A stretch of 64,000 nt of DNA, from the IMG/VR virus record IMGVR_UViG_3300043331_000441, positions 1-64,000 of that record. One strand, given 5' to 3'. Source of the DNA: a virus. A program made the translations under genes and the position numbers. The notes beneath the pieces were generated by a model. It searched no databases, was not told the origin of the DNA, and saw only the letters and a list, made by a program, of their open reading frames with translations. Of the stretch, positions 37,951 through 47,465 are shown piece by piece; within the stretch, counting starts at the first letter, position 1, and each line of letters starts with the position of its first letter.

Positions 37951-38226
37951 GTGACAACAGAGTTAGAACAAGCCCCGGTCGAAGAGATCGGCGAGACGAC
38001 CGACGAGATCGACGAGATCCCTGAGATGCACGCGCATCTCTACGACAGCATCGATTCTGGCCTGACCTTGTCTGATGTCGCTCTTTGCGGCATCCGTCGC
38101 GACAACGATCCACACGCCTGTTACCACGATTCGTTCGATGGCACAGAACCGACGCTTTGGACAGGTCAGACAGCCTGTCCGAAGTGCGGCGCAACCTGTT
38201 GCGCAACTTGCCTCGCGTTGGCGTGA
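37951..38226 (+). CDS. Zn-binding hypothetical protein
   Basis: Start motif; CPKCG..CCATC. Confidence 0.7.
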   Translation: MTTELEQAPVEEIGETTDEIDEIPEMHAHLYDSIDSGLTLSDVALCGIRRDNDPHACYHDSFDGTEPTLWTGQTACPKCGATCCATCLALA

Positions 38227-38241
38227 AAGGAGGACAACAAC

Positions 38242-38415
38242 GTGGAAGCAAGAACATGGCCCGATCACGCCAGCGTGACATTTGGTGATGTCCGCCGCGC
38301 GATCAAAGAGGCCCACCACCAAGCTTCGAAGCTCGCCGCCCAGACGGGCGCCCGCCGGGACAAGAAGCGCGAGGACAAACTGTGGCAGGTACTCAAAGAA
38401 ATGGAGTCCGGATGA
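38242..38415 (+). CDS. 57-aa hypothetical protein
   Basis: GAAAGGAGG + GTG. Confidence 0.55.
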   Translation: MEARTWPDHASVTFGDVRRAIKEAHHQASKLAAQTGARRDKKREDKLWQVLKEMESG

Positions 38416-38606
38416 TTTGGAAATCGATCGAGCATGCGATCGATGAGGCGATCGAACACGAACTGCGAATGGCATATCGAGCTGGCTATCGAGAGGCAGC
38501 GGCTATCTACGGGCGCAACGTCCACGCGATACAGCATGCGTATCAGGAATCGGACGACAAGTCGTACGTGTATGTGGCAGAGAGAAAGGAGACCATGAAT
38601 GGCTGA
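38412..38606 (+). CDS. hypothetical protein
   Basis: ATGA coupling. Confidence 0.6.
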   Translation: MIWKSIEHAIDEAIEHELRMAYRAGYREAAAIYGRNVHAIQHAYQESDDKSYVYVAERKETMNG

Positions 38607-38844
38607 TGTGAAGCGATCACTTCTCGTGCGAGTCAATTCTGTCGCGAGAGTTTGCGAAATCCTCACCGGATACGGCCGAATCATCGGGATCGATCACGAA
38701 GGAACGATCACCTACGAACTCGAAGAGAAGGATGACTACGAGCTAGGCCGCCGCTCGTACGAAATCGAACACGAACTGAACGCTGAATTCACTGGCGCGT
38801 GCATCGTCAGCGCCATCAAGAAGAAAGGAAAGGAGACTACCTAA
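38599..38844 (+). CDS. hypothetical protein
   Basis: GAAAGGAG RBS. Confidence 0.65.
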   Translation: MADVKRSLLVRVNSVARVCEILTGYGRIIGIDHEGTITYELEEKDDYELGRRSYEIEHELNAEFTGACIVSAIKKKGKETT

Positions 38845-39261
38845 ATGCTCAGAATCGGGAAGAACTCATGGCACTACTGGCTGTGGAAGCTCGGGCGTGA
38901 CGAGAATTCCAGGCCGAAGAACCTATGCAAGTACTTCTGGCATATCGCGATCGTCAAGGTGCTCTTGCCCGCGATTCTCGCGAGCTTCGTGCTACTCGGC
39001 GTCGCCACGCTCGGATGGCTGATCTGGGGGCACCCCGTTGAGTTCGGCGTCGGTCTCATGTTGCTGGTCGGCGGAACCGCAGCGGTTGTGGGCGTCATCA
39101 AGCTGACCGAAACGTATGTCGAGCACCGACGCGAGGTTGCGATGACGCGTCCGCCGAAGCCGAAGAAGCCGAAGAAGGAGAAGAAGCCGAACATCTTCTT
39201 TGAGTTCCTCAAGGCACGCAAGCGCAAGATGTGCCCGCTAATCGAAGTCGTGGACGACTAA
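38845..39261 (+). CDS. two-TM membrane protein
   Basis: NLCKYFW...two hydrophobic helices...CP. Confidence 0.7.
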   Translation: MLRIGKNSWHYWLWKLGRDENSRPKNLCKYFWHIAIVKVLLPAILASFVLLGVATLGWLIWGHPVEFGVGLMLLVGGTAAVVGVIKLTETYVEHRREVAMTRPPKPKKPKKEKKPNIFFEFLKARKRKMCPLIEVVDD

Positions 39262-39275
39262 CAAAGGAGAACGAG

Positions 39276-40190
39276 ATGGCAACAACAACACGCAAAACAG
39301 CCACGAAGAAGATGGCTGCACCCACGGCATGGCCATTCTCCGTACAAGCAGTCAAGCTGAGCGACATGTTTATCGATTTTGGCTACCAACGCGAAACGCG
39401 AGGCCAGTTTGTTGTCACCAACGCATCCGACGACACATTCCGCCCTGACCTCGTCCACGTTCTCACGCTCTCCAAGCGAGCCGACGGAAGATACGCCATT
39501 GTCGATGGCGGGCATCGCTATCTGATGTTGATGGAGCGCGGCATCGCTGAGTGGACGGCGGTCGTCTACGAAAACCTCTCCTACGACGACGAGGCCGACC
39601 TATTCGTCGAGCTGAATTTCAGACGCAACTCCGTGCGCCCATACGAACGACACCGCGCAATGATCGAGGCGAAAGTCCCGATGGCACTCGCTCTCCGTGC
39701 CTGTGCAGAAGACGAAGGTTTTGTGATTGCGGCGAGTGCAAACGGGGAGAATGCGATCGGAGCCATCTCCTCGCTGGAAGAAGTCTTCCTCGTGGCAAAA
39801 CATGAGGCCGGGACGACCTTCCAGCGCCACGTAGAGGTCAGAAAGTGGATCACTACCTCCGAAACCGAAGGCCCTGATCTGCTGAGAAAGACCCTTGCGT
39901 CTCTGCGGGAGGCATGGTCCGACCGGGACTCATGGGCGCAAGGCAAGGCTGGGAACATGATCCGTGGCGTTGCGCGTTTTCTGGCCAAGCATCCTAACGT
40001 CACTGTGGAGGAGATGGCACTCGTACTTCGCCATTCCGACCCACTGAGCGTGCAGCAGGAAGCACGGCATCTGCAAAAGCCTGGCGCCGGGAGTGGCAAG
40101 GGGCGCCCCGTCGAGACAGTGGTAGAGCGTCTCTACAAGAAGCACGGGGACGCACGTTTACTCAAGAAGTCAGCAAAGGAGAACACATGA
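39276..40190 (+). CDS. DUF6551/ParB-like protein
   Basis: IDFGYQRE...YAIVDGGHR...EADLFVELN. Confidence 0.75.
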   Translation: MATTTRKTATKKMAAPTAWPFSVQAVKLSDMFIDFGYQRETRGQFVVTNASDDTFRPDLVHVLTLSKRADGRYAIVDGGHRYLMLMERGIAEWTAVVYENLSYDDEADLFVELNFRRNSVRPYERHRAMIEAKVPMALALRACAEDEGFVIAASANGENAIGAISSLEEVFLVAKHEAGTTFQRHVEVRKWITTSETEGPDLLRKTLASLREAWSDRDSWAQGKAGNMIRGVARFLAKHPNVTVEEMALVLRHSDPLSVQQEARHLQKPGAGSGKGRPVETVVERLYKKHGDARLLKKSAKENT

Positions 40191-40423
40191 CCGTTTCGAC
40201 GATGGACATCAAAGTCGGTGATCGTGTTGGCCGTCAGATGGGCAACGACGGCCCGATCATGTGGCTGACCGTCACTGACGTGGACGAGGAAATCATCCAC
40301 TGCAACCTGTGGACGTTCGATCGTGAGACTGGCGCAGAAATCGACGACAAGCTGCAATGGGGGCCGAAGTACGGTCGCACCGGCAGCTTCATCGTGCGCG
40401 TGCAGCAGGGCGTGGCCGCGTGA
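40187..40423 (+). CDS. hypothetical protein
   Basis: Start motif; LWTFDRETGAEID. Confidence 0.7.
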   Translation: MTVSTMDIKVGDRVGRQMGNDGPIMWLTVTDVDEEIIHCNLWTFDRETGAEIDDKLQWGPKYGRTGSFIVRVQQGVAA

Positions 40424-40653
40424 AGATCGAGACCAACCGCGAGCACAACGTCGGTTATCTCTCGCTGTGTGAGATTGGGCCTGGGGAGGTCGCGTGCACG
40501 ATGACCGTGACTCCCCAGGTCGGTCCCGAACCGAGAACGCCGAGCATCAACCTCGATTTCGACTCTAAGGGCGCCCTGCTGGGGATTGAGTTTCTCGATG
40601 CAGAGACAGGGATGGCGCGTCTGCGTAGCGATCTCACTGACAAGGAGATGTAA
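40420..40653 (+). CDS. DUF2283-like protein
   Basis: YLSL...INLDFDSKGALLGIEFLDA. Confidence 0.7.
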   Translation: MKIETNREHNVGYLSLCEIGPGEVACTMTVTPQVGPEPRTPSINLDFDSKGALLGIEFLDAETGMARLRSDLTDKEM

Positions 40654-40928
40654 TGGCATACATGCGCGGCACGTTCTATGTGTGGGGAGACGGCGAGAAC
40701 ATCCACATCAACGATGTGGTGATGCCGGACGACGTATTCGACCAGCTTGTCGCAATGCGCTGGGCACAGATGACCGAGGAGGAGAAGGAGGCCGCGAAGC
40801 GGGCAGCTGTTGAGAACTACTCAGGCAACTTCGGCTGCACCAAACTGTGCGAAGAGATGGGCGTACCGTCGGCCCTCGATTGGGTCAACGATCTGGCTGA
40901 GCGGATGCGAAAGGAGAACGGTGTCTGA
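40653..40928 (+). CDS. hypothetical protein
   Basis: TAATG coupling. Confidence 0.7.
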   Translation: MAYMRGTFYVWGDGENIHINDVVMPDDVFDQLVAMRWAQMTEEEKEAAKRAAVENYSGNFGCTKLCEEMGVPSALDWVNDLAERMRKENGV

Positions 40929-41121
40929 CGTCAGATGGGAAAAGACGCTCTATATCGAAGCACGGACATCAGACCAAGATCATCAGGTCGAAACGCTTCA
41001 GTTCACCAGAGGAGAAGAGGAGGACGATCTACTCGTCATGCGCACACGCACAACCACCTACTTCTTCAGCCGCGCCGCGATTGAAGCGATCTACGATCTC
41101 CACAACGAGGTGCCGCGATGA
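40921..41121 (+). CDS. hypothetical protein
   Basis: Start motif + GTG. Confidence 0.6.
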   Translation: MSDVRWEKTLYIEARTSDQDHQVETLQFTRGEEEDDLLVMRTRTTTYFFSRAAIEAIYDLHNEVPR

Positions 41122-41393
41122 GCTGGACGATCAAAGTCGAACCCAGTGGGCTCGATGGACTCAACAAGATCATGTTTCCGTTCGAACGCTGGAAGTGGAT
41201 GGTGTTCGAAGACGACCACATGCCGCTGTTTGCACGCACGGTCAACGGCTACGCGCGCACGAAGGAACAGGCGTTCGCCAGGGGGGAGGAGTGCATCGAA
41301 GAGATCGTGCGCGACCGTGCTCTCCCGCCCCAGATGCCCAATCTCGAAATCCGCAAATACGTGCCAAGGTCAGAGCGTGACACGCAAACGTGA
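41118..41393 (+). CDS. hypothetical protein
   Basis: ATGA coupling. Confidence 0.65.
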   Translation: MSWTIKVEPSGLDGLNKIMFPFERWKWMVFEDDHMPLFARTVNGYARTKEQAFARGEECIEEIVRDRALPPQMPNLEIRKYVPRSERDTQT

Positions 41394-41694
41394 TCTGGAC
41401 TTCGAGACGCTCGTTGAGGTGACAAACACGAATATCGCGATCGGGCGCGGCAAGGTTAACGTTGCGCTCGCCGCGATCAAGGTTGCCTGGCAGTCCGAAG
41501 GGGGACGCCCCGAGGACCTGCATAAGGAGATTCGTCTGCGGGCTGCGGCGTACCGCGAAGTGTGGCCGACGCTGACGCTCACACCCACCGCGCTCGCCGT
41601 GCACTGGAAGCGCGTCGCGGCCGAGCGCACACAGAAGCGCGGATCCAAGGGGATCATCGACGAGATGCGAAGGGAGGAGAAACAAGATGAGTGA
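41377..41694 (+). CDS. hypothetical protein
   Basis: LTPTALAVHW. Confidence 0.6.
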   Translation: MTRKRDLDFETLVEVTNTNIAIGRGKVNVALAAIKVAWQSEGGRPEDLHKEIRLRAAAYREVWPTLTLTPTALAVHWKRVAAERTQKRGSKGIIDEMRREEKQDE

Positions 41695-41902
41695 CATGGG
41701 AATCATCAACGTCGTCCAGATGACGGGAGAAGTGCGGATCGAACTTGAAGACGGCTTCTACATCTCCCTAAACCGAGGGGGAATGATCGTGGGCAAAGAA
41801 AGGGCACCCCAGGACGAGCACGCACATGTCAGCGCCCTTGGTGCTGATCAGATCGCACGGACGATCATGTCCTGGGAGTTTGTCAATGAAAATTCTCGTT
41901 AG
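41687..41902 (+). CDS. hypothetical protein
   Basis: GGAGGAG RBS. Confidence 0.6.
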   Translation: MSDMGIINVVQMTGEVRIELEDGFYISLNRGGMIVGKERAPQDEHAHVSALGADQIARTIMSWEFVNENSR

Positions 41903-42473
41903 CGGCGACTGGCACGGTCATACGTCTGCCGCCAAGGCCGCCGCCAAGAAGGCCAACCAAACAGGGTGCGCGTTGATCTTCCAGGTCGGCGACTTCGGCT
42001 TCTGGCCGCACACCGACCCCGACTACGTCCGCTTCCTCGCGCTCGGCGGTGGCTACTCGATCGATAAACAGTGGCGGCTCTCGCAGGGACCGAGTGGTCA
42101 GTACTGGTGGCCGCAAGAGACGATCACGCAGCGTGAGGTCTACACAGCGATCGAGGGCGGCGAGACCGACGTGATGTTCACGCATGATGCGCCGGAGGGC
42201 ACTGACATCGGCAATCCCATGTTTACTGAGATGCTCAAGAACACGCCCGAGTGTCATCAGAACCGTATGGCCGTGCGCGCGGTCGTTGATGTCGCGAAGC
42301 CACTACGCCTTTACCATGGCCACTTCCACCATCGCGAGGACTACATGCTCATCCTCGAAGACGGCACGGAGGTCGAGGTGTTCGCGCTCGCGGACTGGCG
42401 TGGCCTGCCGTTCGACAGCACTTGGACGGTGCTTGACACGGCAGGCATCAAACTGCAACGTGCAGTGACCTGA
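41886..42473 (+). CDS. calcineurin-like metallophosphoesterase (appears to lack the GNH motif)
   Basis: GDWHG, GDFGFWP, GGGYSID, THDAP, YHGHFH. Confidence 0.75.
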   Translation: MKILVSGDWHGHTSAAKAAAKKANQTGCALIFQVGDFGFWPHTDPDYVRFLALGGGYSIDKQWRLSQGPSGQYWWPQETITQREVYTAIEGGETDVMFTHDAPEGTDIGNPMFTEMLKNTPECHQNRMAVRAVVDVAKPLRLYHGHFHHREDYMLILEDGTEVEVFALADWRGLPFDSTWTVLDTAGIKLQRAVT

Positions 42474-42483
42474 AGGAGAACGT

Positions 42484-42678
42484 ATGAGGTTTAGTTTCAA
42501 CCACCTCGTCTACGAGGTGCCCGACGACGCAGGCATCAGCATCGAGGTCGTTGTTGATGACGAGCACGCCGATTACAACTTCGTGAAGGACGGCGATCAC
42601 ATCCCCATGCTCGGGGGAATCGACGAGGAAGGAAACCCGGTCGAATCATGGGAGGACGTCGGGATTCGGCGGCTTTGA
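42484..42678 (+). CDS. small acidic protein
   Basis: GAAGGAGAAC. Confidence 0.65.
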   Translation: MRFSFNHLVYEVPDDAGISIEVVVDDEHADYNFVKDGDHIPMLGGIDEEGNPVESWEDVGIRRL

Positions 42679-42688
42679 AAGGAGAATA

Positions 42689-42985
42689 TTGGACTCAATG
42701 AGACTCGGTGCGGTGGCAGCAAGCGTTAAGCTCGGCCGCAGAGTCACCTTTCAGGCCTACGGCAATTCGATGAGGCCGCTTATCAAAAGTAACGAGATCG
42801 TGACTGTGCGTCCATTGCTCGTCCCACCGGAGCGGGGCGACGTCGTCCTCGCGCGCGTCAATGGGCACTGGTATCTCCACCTCGTCAGCGCGACGCGCCC
42901 AGGCCAGGTACAGATCTCCAACAACCATGGCCACGTGAATGGCTGGACATCGCTCAAGAATGTCGTTGGGATCCTCGAACGATGA
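42689..42985 (+). CDS. S24/S26 peptidase-like protein
   Basis: GNSMRPLI...GDVVL...YLH. Confidence 0.75.
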   Translation: MDSMRLGAVAASVKLGRRVTFQAYGNSMRPLIKSNEIVTVRPLLVPPERGDVVLARVNGHWYLHLVSATRPGQVQISNNHGHVNGWTSLKNVVGILER

Positions 42986-43446
42986 CACGCGAGGAATCAC
43001 TCACGATCGTCGAAATGATCATCTCGGGCTGGCCTGATGCGAAGCCACTCGACCGCGACGAAATCGCAATGTACGCGCGTTCGATCCAGGACCTCGACGC
43101 GGAGCTGGCGACGCACGCGGTGCTCAAGGCACACAAGGAATCTCGGTTCCGCCCCGGGCCGCCTGAACTACGCGAGCGCGTACGCGCCGAACGCCGCAGC
43201 CTTGCCGCAGAGCTGCCGCCGATCGAGCCAACCACGGGGCGCCCCCTGCCGATGTGGGTCAAGCGCTGGATCTGTGCGCGCTTGCTCTACAAACGCTTCG
43301 GCAAGGAGCAGGACTTACGACGATTTCCCGAACAGGGGGACTTCGGCGATCTCACCCAGGAGGTGATGCCAGAGGGGGTATGGACGGAAGAGGCAGAAAG
43401 CGTCGGGGAGAAAGAATTCCACGACGCGTTCCGTAGAATGTTCTGA
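42982..43446 (+). CDS. helicase loader/inhibitor (G39P-like N-domain) protein
   Basis: MTREES...I...WP...DLD...AV...SRFRP. Confidence 0.55.
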   Translation: MTREESLTIVEMIISGWPDAKPLDRDEIAMYARSIQDLDAELATHAVLKAHKESRFRPGPPELRERVRAERRSLAAELPPIEPTTGRPLPMWVKRWICARLLYKRFGKEQDLRRFPEQGDFGDLTQEVMPEGVWTEEAESVGEKEFHDAFRRMF

Positions 43447-43465
43447 AAACTCAAAGGAGAACGAC

Positions 43466-44305
43466 ATGAAGAAGTTCCTCGTACTGCTCGCGCTAGCAGC
43501 GTGCGCAGTCATCGGCGTCGTCGCCGGAGTCGCATCCGGTGGCGGCAACCCGCACGGCGACAAGGTGACGATCTGTCACGCCGCCGGTCGGGAGGGCACG
43601 ACGCACTACGAGACACTGACGATCGGCTACCAGGCCGTGTACGGGCCAGCGGGCCACTTCTACGAGAACGGCACGCCGCGCGCCGGGCACGAGCAGGATT
43701 ACCTCGGACCGTGCAAGGGAGACACGACAGACACAACGCCGACAGACACAACCCCGACCGATACCACGCCAACGGATACGACCCCGACAACGCCCACTGA
43801 AACGACGCCCACGACACCGACTACCCCGACCACGCCGTCAAGTCCGACCGGCGCGGCCACGGTGATCTGTGACAACGGCGTCTACAAGGTGAGTGGCACT
43901 GTCGATGGACAGGCAGCAGACAGCGTGCAGCCCGCGACGATCCCCGGCTCGACGAAGGGTACGGTCGAAGTGATCGTCACGCGCGGTGACACGTCAGTAC
44001 GGACAAGCGTGACAGTCAATGGCGACTGTGGGGCGCCCCCAACGACGGCGACAACGCCGACGACAGCGGCAACCACGACCGCGACGACGCCCACGACAAC
44101 CACGACGCCGCCTACGGCAACGACGCCCGCCAAGCCGTCCACGCCGAAGACGGTCAAGCCACCGAAGCAGAAGACGACCTCGGTGAAGAAGGCGGTCAAG
44201 AAGCAGCCGAAGCTGACCGGTAACCCGAAGGTCGATAAGTGCAAGGACCTCGGGAACGGGACGATGCGCTGCAAGGGCGTCGTTGTCACCCAGGGCAGCG
44301 GTTGA
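43466..44305 (+). CDS. secreted Thr/Pro-rich protein
   Basis: Signal peptide; KVTICHA.G domain; (DTTPT)n and T/P linkers; basic tail. Confidence 0.8.
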   Translation: MKKFLVLLALAACAVIGVVAGVASGGGNPHGDKVTICHAAGREGTTHYETLTIGYQAVYGPAGHFYENGTPRAGHEQDYLGPCKGDTTDTTPTDTTPTDTTPTDTTPTTPTETTPTTPTTPTTPSSPTGAATVICDNGVYKVSGTVDGQAADSVQPATIPGSTKGTVEVIVTRGDTSVRTSVTVNGDCGAPPTTATTPTTAATTTATTPTTTTTPPTATTPAKPSTPKTVKPPKQKTTSVKKAVKKQPKLTGNPKVDKCKDLGNGTMRCKGVVVTQGSG

Positions 44306-44496
44306 TGGTCGTACATGGAAAGGGGGCGGCGCAAGCCGCCCCCAACCAACGCCAACGCCTCGCCGTGTGGTGGTGGGGCCTGAGCGACGTTGAGCGCAAC
44401 CGCTACCGCAAACGATTCATGAGTGCGGTCAAGAAGAACCGACGCTTCCGCACTTCGGTGTATCGCCTACTCGCCAGAGAGGAGAACAAGCCGTGA
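44305..44496 (+). CDS. small basic protein
   Basis: TGATG coupling. Confidence 0.5.
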   Translation: MVVHGKGAAQAAPNQRQRLAVWWWGLSDVERNRYRKRFMSAVKKNRRFRTSVYRLLAREENKP

Positions 44497-45248
44497 CGAA
44501 CACGAAATCATCAGATGAGATTGACCGCATTGCGCGATCATTCCACGAGGCCTACGAACGCCTCGCGCCCGAACACGGTTACGCAACGCGCCGCGAGTCA
44601 GCCGTGCCGTGGGATCAGGTACCGGAGAACAACAAGAAGCTGATGCGCGCTGTCGTAGCCGAGATAATTCCCGCCGAAGTGGTGGCTCTCCGCGCCGAAC
44701 TCGCAGAAGCCCACGAGACGCGAGAACTGGCGATCCAGAACGGGGCGCACAACGTGGACGTGCTGCATCAGCAACTCGTTCGCGAGCGTGCTGCGCGGGA
44801 AGCAGCCGAACGGGAACGAGACGAGTACCGCGAGGCCGCACAGAACTGGGAGCAGTCTGCACTCGTGGCCGCTGAGAAGCGGTGGGCTGCCGAACGGGAA
44901 CGAGAAGCGTGGCGCGACTGGATCGACAAGCCCCACAAGGACGACCGCTGGCGGGCCATCTTGCCCCTGCTCCCGCCCGAGTACCAAGGGATCGACAACC
45001 CCGTCGAGCGCCTGATCGAGCGTGCGGAGGCTGCCGAGGCCAGGGAGAAGCATCTAGGGACGCTGTTGCAGCGTGTGGCTGACTCCAAATGTCTCTGCGG
45101 CGGGGAATGGCACTGGACTGGCGTACAAACCCGCTGCACCGGATGCGACCGGGTAAAGGGTTACGGCACCGCTCCGAGGGATGCCGAGGTCATCCGTGCT
45201 GCTCTTGGTTCCGCCGCTGCCGCCGACACCACGGAGGACACGGCATGA
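44493..45248 (+). CDS. modular mosaic coiled-coil protein 1
   Basis: VVALRAELAEA / ERAAREAAERERD / ERAEAAEA / ALGSAAAAD modules. Confidence 0.75.
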   Translation: MTNTKSSDEIDRIARSFHEAYERLAPEHGYATRRESAVPWDQVPENNKKLMRAVVAEIIPAEVVALRAELAEAHETRELAIQNGAHNVDVLHQQLVRERAAREAAERERDEYREAAQNWEQSALVAAEKRWAAEREREAWRDWIDKPHKDDRWRAILPLLPPEYQGIDNPVERLIERAEAAEAREKHLGTLLQRVADSKCLCGGEWHWTGVQTRCTGCDRVKGYGTAPRDAEVIRAALGSAAAADTTEDTA

Positions 45249-46830
45249 GCAACCCCATCGACGTGCTGCGCGAGGAGCGCGACCGCGAGCGTGCCGCCAG
45301 GGAAGCAGCCGAGGAACGCGCCAGCGTTGCCGAACGGGAACGAGACGAGGGCGTCTCCTACTGGCGAGGCAAGGCTGCCTACTTCGAGCGGCGTGAGAAG
45401 CTGGTCCGCGAGGCTGCCGAGGCCGAGGTGGTGGCTCTCCGCGCCGAACTCGCAGAGGCCAAGACAAACCAGTTCCCGGAGATAGACGAGTCCCTGTTGC
45501 CTGATTCGGTGAGTGGCGCTTCGTGGGACCCTGCGACGCTAACCGCGCTCGCGGAGGCGCATTGCCGCCATGCATGGGATCACAACATGGAAGTCAAGGC
45601 GTGGGTGGTGCTAACGCTGCTTGGCGAGCGTGCCGCCAGGGAAGCAGCCGAACGGGAACGAGAGGAGATGTTGCTCAACGAGGCTGAGGCGCGGCGGGCG
45701 GCAACTCTGGATCGCGAGCGTGCGGAAGCGGCCGAGGCCGACGCGAAACAACTACGGGAGGCGCTGGAACATATCCCCCGGTGCGGCAACTGCATGTCGG
45801 GCCGGACATGGGCCTGCGAGACGTACCAGGGCGCTCTCGGTTCCGCCGCTGCCGCCGACAAGCTCGACTCGTGCCCGCATTGCGGACTCAAAGGCAAGCC
45901 CTTCTGCTGGTGCGGCGAACACGCGCCCGTTCGTGAGGCTGCCGCCCGCGCCGAACTCGCAGAAGCCAACGCGCGAGCTGACAAGTGGCTCGCACGCTAC
46001 GAGGCAGAGCGAGATGACCGCGCGCGCGAGCGTGCCGCCAGGGAAGCAGCCGAACGGGAACGCCGCGATCTGGAGCAGCGCATGGACGACGAGATCGTCG
46101 CGCACGGCAAGACGGAGGAGCGTGCGGAAGCAGCCGAACGGGAACGGGACGAGTTGCTGGACGAGCGGTGGCGGTACGTGCAGGCGGTGGAGGCTGCCGA
46201 GGCGGACAACCAGCGGCTCCGGGACGCGCTGGTGCGCAAAGAGTCGGATGACCGCGAGTTCTGCAAGGGCGGCACGGAGACGTGTGAGCGCTGCGTCGGC
46301 TCATGCGGCATCGAGGAATCGTGGGACGACATCAAGCCGACGGCGATCGTCCAGGCGGTCGGCGGCGTGATCGAGGACGCCTATAGCCGGGTGAACCGCC
46401 CCGGCCCTGGCTCGTTCTCCGTCGATGGCGCGAAGTACGTGCTCGCAGTTGAGGCCAGAGCGGAGGCTGCCGAACGGGAACGAGACGCACTACGCGGCGA
46501 ACTAGAGCAGGCGTATGACTGCTGTGCGAGACCTTCCGGTACCTGCTTTGACCCGTCTGTTCTCACAAAGGTTGGGAGCGCGGATCCGAGTGCCGCCGAC
46601 GTGGACGGGGCCGACAAGCCCGATGTGGCCTCTGGCGGTCATCACGAGTCGGTGGGAGAGCGCCAGGGTAGGCAACCCGCGCTCCCGACACAACTGCTTG
46701 TAGACGCTGCCGGATTCGTCTGGCGCGACTTCGGCGAGGGCTACCTCTCCGGTTGCCCGTTCAATCCTGACAACGAGCCGCTGCCTGAGCCGATCACAGC
46801 CTACGTGAGAGCGGAGGCTGCCGAGGCCAG
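44679..46830 (+). repeat. dispersed in-frame DNA modules (24-35 bp)
   Basis: e.g. GAGCGTGCCGCCAGGGAAGCAGCCGAACGGGAACG identical at 45626 and 46028, variants at 44784 and 45287. Confidence 0.9.
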
Positions 46831-47002
46831 GGAGCAACAGCTACGGGTCGACCGGCACGAAGCATGGGAGGCGCTCGAAGACATCCTCATGTGCGAGGGC
46901 GACTCGTTCACCGAGGTTGCAGAGCGGGCACGCCGAGGACTTGCCCGCAAGTGGGCCGCTCTCGCTTCCGGCCAGCCCGCCGACAGCCAGGAGGGGGCAT
47001 GA
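45245..47002 (+). CDS. modular mosaic coiled-coil protein 2 (585 aa)
   Basis: ATGA coupling at 45245; same modules repeated with unique inserts, several CxxC. Confidence 0.75.
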   Translation: MSNPIDVLREERDRERAAREAAEERASVAERERDEGVSYWRGKAAYFERREKLVREAAEAEVVALRAELAEAKTNQFPEIDESLLPDSVSGASWDPATLTALAEAHCRHAWDHNMEVKAWVVLTLLGERAAREAAEREREEMLLNEAEARRAATLDRERAEAAEADAKQLREALEHIPRCGNCMSGRTWACETYQGALGSAAAADKLDSCPHCGLKGKPFCWCGEHAPVREAAARAELAEANARADKWLARYEAERDDRARERAAREAAERERRDLEQRMDDEIVAHGKTEERAEAAERERDELLDERWRYVQAVEAAEADNQRLRDALVRKESDDREFCKGGTETCERCVGSCGIEESWDDIKPTAIVQAVGGVIEDAYSRVNRPGPGSFSVDGAKYVLAVEARAEAAERERDALRGELEQAYDCCARPSGTCFDPSVLTKVGSADPSAADVDGADKPDVASGGHHESVGERQGRQPALPTQLLVDAAGFVWRDFGEGYLSGCPFNPDNEPLPEPITAYVRAEAAEAREQQLRVDRHEAWEALEDILMCEGDSFTEVAERARRGLARKWAALASGQPADSQEGA

Positions 47003-47202
47003 CGACGATCCGCGTGCGGGAACCAAGCAACGATGGGCGCCTAACCATCGAGTGGTACGCGGTCATGGGCGACGGCGCGTGGATGCTGCTCGACGGCGGA
47101 AACATCGTATCCATCCATGACTGGAAGTGGCAGGCACGACTCGCCCGACGACTGCTGCTCAGACAGCGCCAGCCCACCGACATCCAGGAGAACCCGGCAT
47201 GA
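46999..47202 (+). CDS. hypothetical protein
   Basis: GGAGG, ATGA coupling. Confidence 0.6.
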   Translation: MTTIRVREPSNDGRLTIEWYAVMGDGAWMLLDGGNIVSIHDWKWQARLARRLLLRQRQPTDIQENPA

Positions 47203-47465
47203 CCTCGCCGCGGAATCGTTCCGCTGTTTGTACGCCGAGCGATGATCCGGTGTACGAGCGCTGCGGCACTTGTCTGGTCAGTTCACCGCTTGACGGTCAG
47301 TTGTACTGCGAGCGGCCAGCGGGTCACCGTGGCCCGCATCGTCTGAGCAAGGAAGACGAACGACGCTCCTCCCAGTTCTGGGCGAGGTGGATGCGCCGTG
47401 CGCTCGCCCGCGCGGAGGCCCGTGATGATGATCCCATCGGCACGGTCGAGGAGCGCCATGCCTGA
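47199..47465 (+). CDS. Cys/His small protein
   Basis: ATGA coupling; C.R..GH.GPH. Confidence 0.6.
   Translation: MTSPRNRSAVCTPSDDPVYERCGTCLVSSPLDGQLYCERPAGHRGPHRLSKEDERRSSQFWARWMRRALARAEARDDDPIGTVEERHA

Noticed and set aside
45089-45244. Track start of the 637-aa ORF
   Set aside because: It overlaps the upstream gene by 160 nt; ATG 45245 has ATGA coupling and GGAGG upstream.
44679-46830. CRISPR-like repeat/spacer array
   Set aside because: Several different repeat types, highly variable spacer lengths, all in frame within long ORFs, and no cas genes.
44493-47002. Diversity-generating retroelement
   Set aside because: No reverse transcriptase and no TR/VR pair differing at adenines.
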